Positions 61,894-64,000 of a stretch of 64,000 nucleotides of DNA are shown here, one piece after another (the stretch's first letter is position 1; every line of letters begins with the position of its first letter). Source of the DNA: an uncultured Gammaproteobacteria bacterium. Its GTDB lineage: Bacteria > Pseudomonadota > Gammaproteobacteria > GCA-002705445 > GCA-002716945. The notes under the pieces were generated by a model, which had not been told where the DNA came from, did no database searches, and saw nothing but the letters and a program-made list of their open reading frames with translations. A program made the translations under genes and the position numbers. The stretch lies in NCBI GenBank assembly GCA_913045115.1, contig CAJWPJ010000003.1:854-64853 (forward strand), read 5' to 3'.

Positions 61894-62898
61894 ATGTCTA
61901 AGGAAATTGTTTTTTCTGGGGTTCAGCCTACTGGAGAAATTCACCTAGGTAATTACCTTGGTGCGATTAAACAGTTTCTCGGCTTTCAAGATAAATCAGA
62001 TTCCATCTTTTGTATTGTAGATCAACATGCCATAACTATTTTTCAAGACCCGAATGAATTGAGGCGAAATGTACTTAGTGTACTAGCAATATTTATAGCA
62101 TCTGGCTTAGATCCGCAAAAATGCACAATATTTAATCAAGCATCAGTTAAGGAGCACAGCGTTTTGTCATGGTATCTTAGTTGCACGGCAAGGGTAGGTT
62201 GGCTTAATCGCATGACTCAATTCAAGGATAAAGCCGGTAAGAATCGCGATAATGCATCGTTAGGCTTATATGCTTACCCAGTACTAATGGCAGCAGACAT
62301 TTTGTTATATCATGCTGATAAGGTTCCTGTTGGAGATGATCAGAAATAGCACCTAGAGCTTACAAGAGATATAGCTCATAAATTCAATAGTGATTACAAT
62401 AGTGAATACTTCACACTTCCCGAACCCATTATTAATGAAAATGCACCAAGAATAATGAGCCTGAGGGATGCAAATAATAAAATGAGCAAGTCTGATGTTT
62501 CAAAATACTCTCGGATACTCCTTACAGATTCTAATGATGAAATATCTAACAAAATTAATAAGGCCAAGTCAGATTCACTTAGGATGCCAACATCAATCGA
62601 TCAGTTGAATGACAGACCAGAAATTAATAATTTAATAACTATTTATAGTTCTATTTCTAATCTTGATAAACAAAATGTTGTAGAATCATTTTCAGATAAG
62701 GAAATCTCAATCTTTAAGTCTGAGTTAAAAGATGTTGTTATCAACCTTGTAGAACCAATCGCATCAAGTATCAAAGAGATTTTAGCTGATCAAGCTTATT
62801 TAAAGTCAGTCCTAGATAAAGGCTCATCCAAAGCTAAAGATAGGGCATCAAAAACTATCTCTGAAATAAACGAATTAATGGGATTAAATTTTGACTGA
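61894..62898 (+). CDS. trpS: Tryptophan--tRNA ligase interrupted by a single in-frame TAG at 62347-62349
   Basis: Both tracked ORFs (61894-62349 and 62455-62898) are in the same frame and the gap has no other stop. Joined they give a 334-aa TrpRS with the HIGH-like region (TGEIHLGNY), [21 protein letters not shown] and KMSKS. The TAG sits where E. coli has the conserved Gln (GEDQKQHLE). Confidence 0.8.
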
Positions 62899-63664
62899 TA
62901 TAACTGCAATATACAACGGTAAAAAAATTTCGCAAATACCTGAAGATTTATTTATACCACCAGAATATCTGAGAATAATTTTAGAAGAGTTTGAGGGACC
63001 AATGGATCTCTTATTATATCTTATAAAAAAACAAAATATTGATATTACCGATTTACCTATATTTCCAATCACTGAGCAATACATGAGATATATATCAATA
63101 ATGGAAGAAATGCATTTTGAGCTTGCATCTGATTATCTCGTAATGGCATCTACGCTCACAGAGATAAAGTCGAAATTATTACTGCCGACTGAGGCAGAGG
63201 ACGAAGAAGAGGATGATCCAAGAGCAAATCTTATAAAAAGATTATTAGAGTATCAAAAGTATAAAAATGCATCAGAAAAACTAGAAACTCTTCCCAGAAA
63301 CTTCAGAGATTTTTATGTTGTTTCAAATGCAGTTGATTCGAAAGAATCAAAAATTATAGAAACTCCTGATATCAAAATAGATCAGCTAAAGGTAGCATTT
63401 CTTGAAGTTCTAAAAAGAGCTGAGATATTTTCTACTCATAATATTCAATCAGAAACATTGTCAGTAAGAGAGAGAATGTCATTGATATTATCTGTTCTGA
63501 AGAAAGGTGATAATGTACAATTTGAAAAACTTTTTAACTTAGAAGAGGGAAGATTGGGCGTGATTGTTACCTTTCTAGCCATACTAGAATTAGTTAAAGA
63601 ATCTTTGATCGATATTATTCAAAATGAATCAATGTCTAGAGTATATATTGGTTTAAAATCATGA
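62891..63664 (+). CDS. scpA: Segregation and condensation protein A
   Basis: LEEFEGPMDLLLYLIKKQNIDITDLPI is an ScpA hallmark. Confidence 0.85.
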   Translation: MTDITAIYNGKKISQIPEDLFIPPEYLRIILEEFEGPMDLLLYLIKKQNIDITDLPIFPITEQYMRYISIMEEMHFELASDYLVMASTLTEIKSKLLLPTEAEDEEEDDPRANLIKRLLEYQKYKNASEKLETLPRNFRDFYVVSNAVDSKESKIIETPDIKIDQLKVAFLEVLKRAEIFSTHNIQSETLSVRERMSLILSVLKKGDNVQFEKLFNLEEGRLGVIVTFLAILELVKESLIDIIQNESMSRVYIGLKS

Positions 63665-64000
63665 ATCACACTTTGGAAAATATAATTGAATGCCTACTTT
63701 TAATAAGCGACGAACCTTTATCTGTTAATCAGATACTTAAAATATTGGATGATAAAACAGTTACCAAAAAGAACATTGAATCATCTATCTCTAACCTTAA
63801 TAAAATATTTGAAAATAGAGCCATTCACATAAGTCATGTTGCGAGTGGCTACCGATTTCAAGCTAAACCAGGTTTAGAAAACTATATTTCCAAGCTAAAA
63901 GATAAAGGAACTAATAAGTTCTCAAAAGCTTTTTTGGAGACAATTTCGATAATTGCCTACAAACAGCCTGTAACAAGAGGTGATATTGAGGACATCAGGG
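63661..64000 (+). CDS. scpB: Segregation and condensation protein B; partial, runs off the window end
   Basis: Start overlaps the scpA stop (ATGA). N-terminal IIECLLLISDEPLSVNQI is a typical ScpB winged-helix start. Confidence 0.7.
   Translation, partial: MNHTLENIIECLLLISDEPLSVNQILKILDDKTVTKKNIESSISNLNKIFENRAIHISHVASGYRFQAKPGLENYISKLKDKGTNKFSKAFLETISIIAYKQPVTRGDIEDIR

Noticed and set aside
61894-62898. Treating trpS as two separate genes (61894-62349 and 62455-62898)
   Set aside because: Both pieces and the gap between them are in the same frame with a single TAG. This is one interrupted TrpRS gene, not two genes.

Overview
This 64 kb window is AT-rich (roughly 30-35% GC by eye) and gene-dense. 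It looks like the chromosome of a sulfur-oxidising gammaproteobacterium with a reduced genome, such as a SUP05/Thioglobus relative or a vesicomyid/bathymodiolin symbiont; that placement is an inference from gene content. I found no transposases, CRISPR arrays or phage genes.

Layout:
- 1-8063: a truncated CrtI-like gene, then a cluster that looks like methanofuran/tetrahydromethanopterin (H4MPT) cofactor biosynthesis. Its parts are ATP-grasp, a hydantoinase-like H4MPT-linked protein, PabB, MfnB/DUF556, DUF447, a DHPS-like pterin-binding protein, an AfpA/DmrX flavoprotein and MobA.
- 8114-9857: dusA and a SAM-dependent methyltransferase.
- 9893-10222: RNase P RNA (rnpB) with a near-consensus sigma70 promoter.
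- 10382-28383: a dcw division/cell-wall cluster, mraZ through lpxC. It has two oddities: a 64-aa J-domain ORF wedged between mraZ and rsmH, and ftsZ moved to between ftsL and ftsI.
- 28376-37491: a DciA-like ORF, secA, argJ, a mutT-thiE fusion, zapD, coaE, nadE, bamD and rluD.
- 37498-42776: pgeF, an RND efflux pair and two monoheme cytochromes c.
- 42875-49688: fmdB-like, aspS, nadA, yebC, ruvC, queE, queC, a YeeE/YedE sulfur transporter and tRNA-Lys(UUU).
- 49712-54827: an alpha/beta hydrolase, a lipoprotein, soxXYZA, bepA and tusA.
- 54830-64000: ilvI, ilvH, ilvC, pssA, leuA, a family-4 UDG, rimI, bolA-like, trpS (interrupted by one in-frame TAG), scpA and partial scpB.

Every call rests on reading the supplied translations for motifs and on synteny. 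No database search was run.
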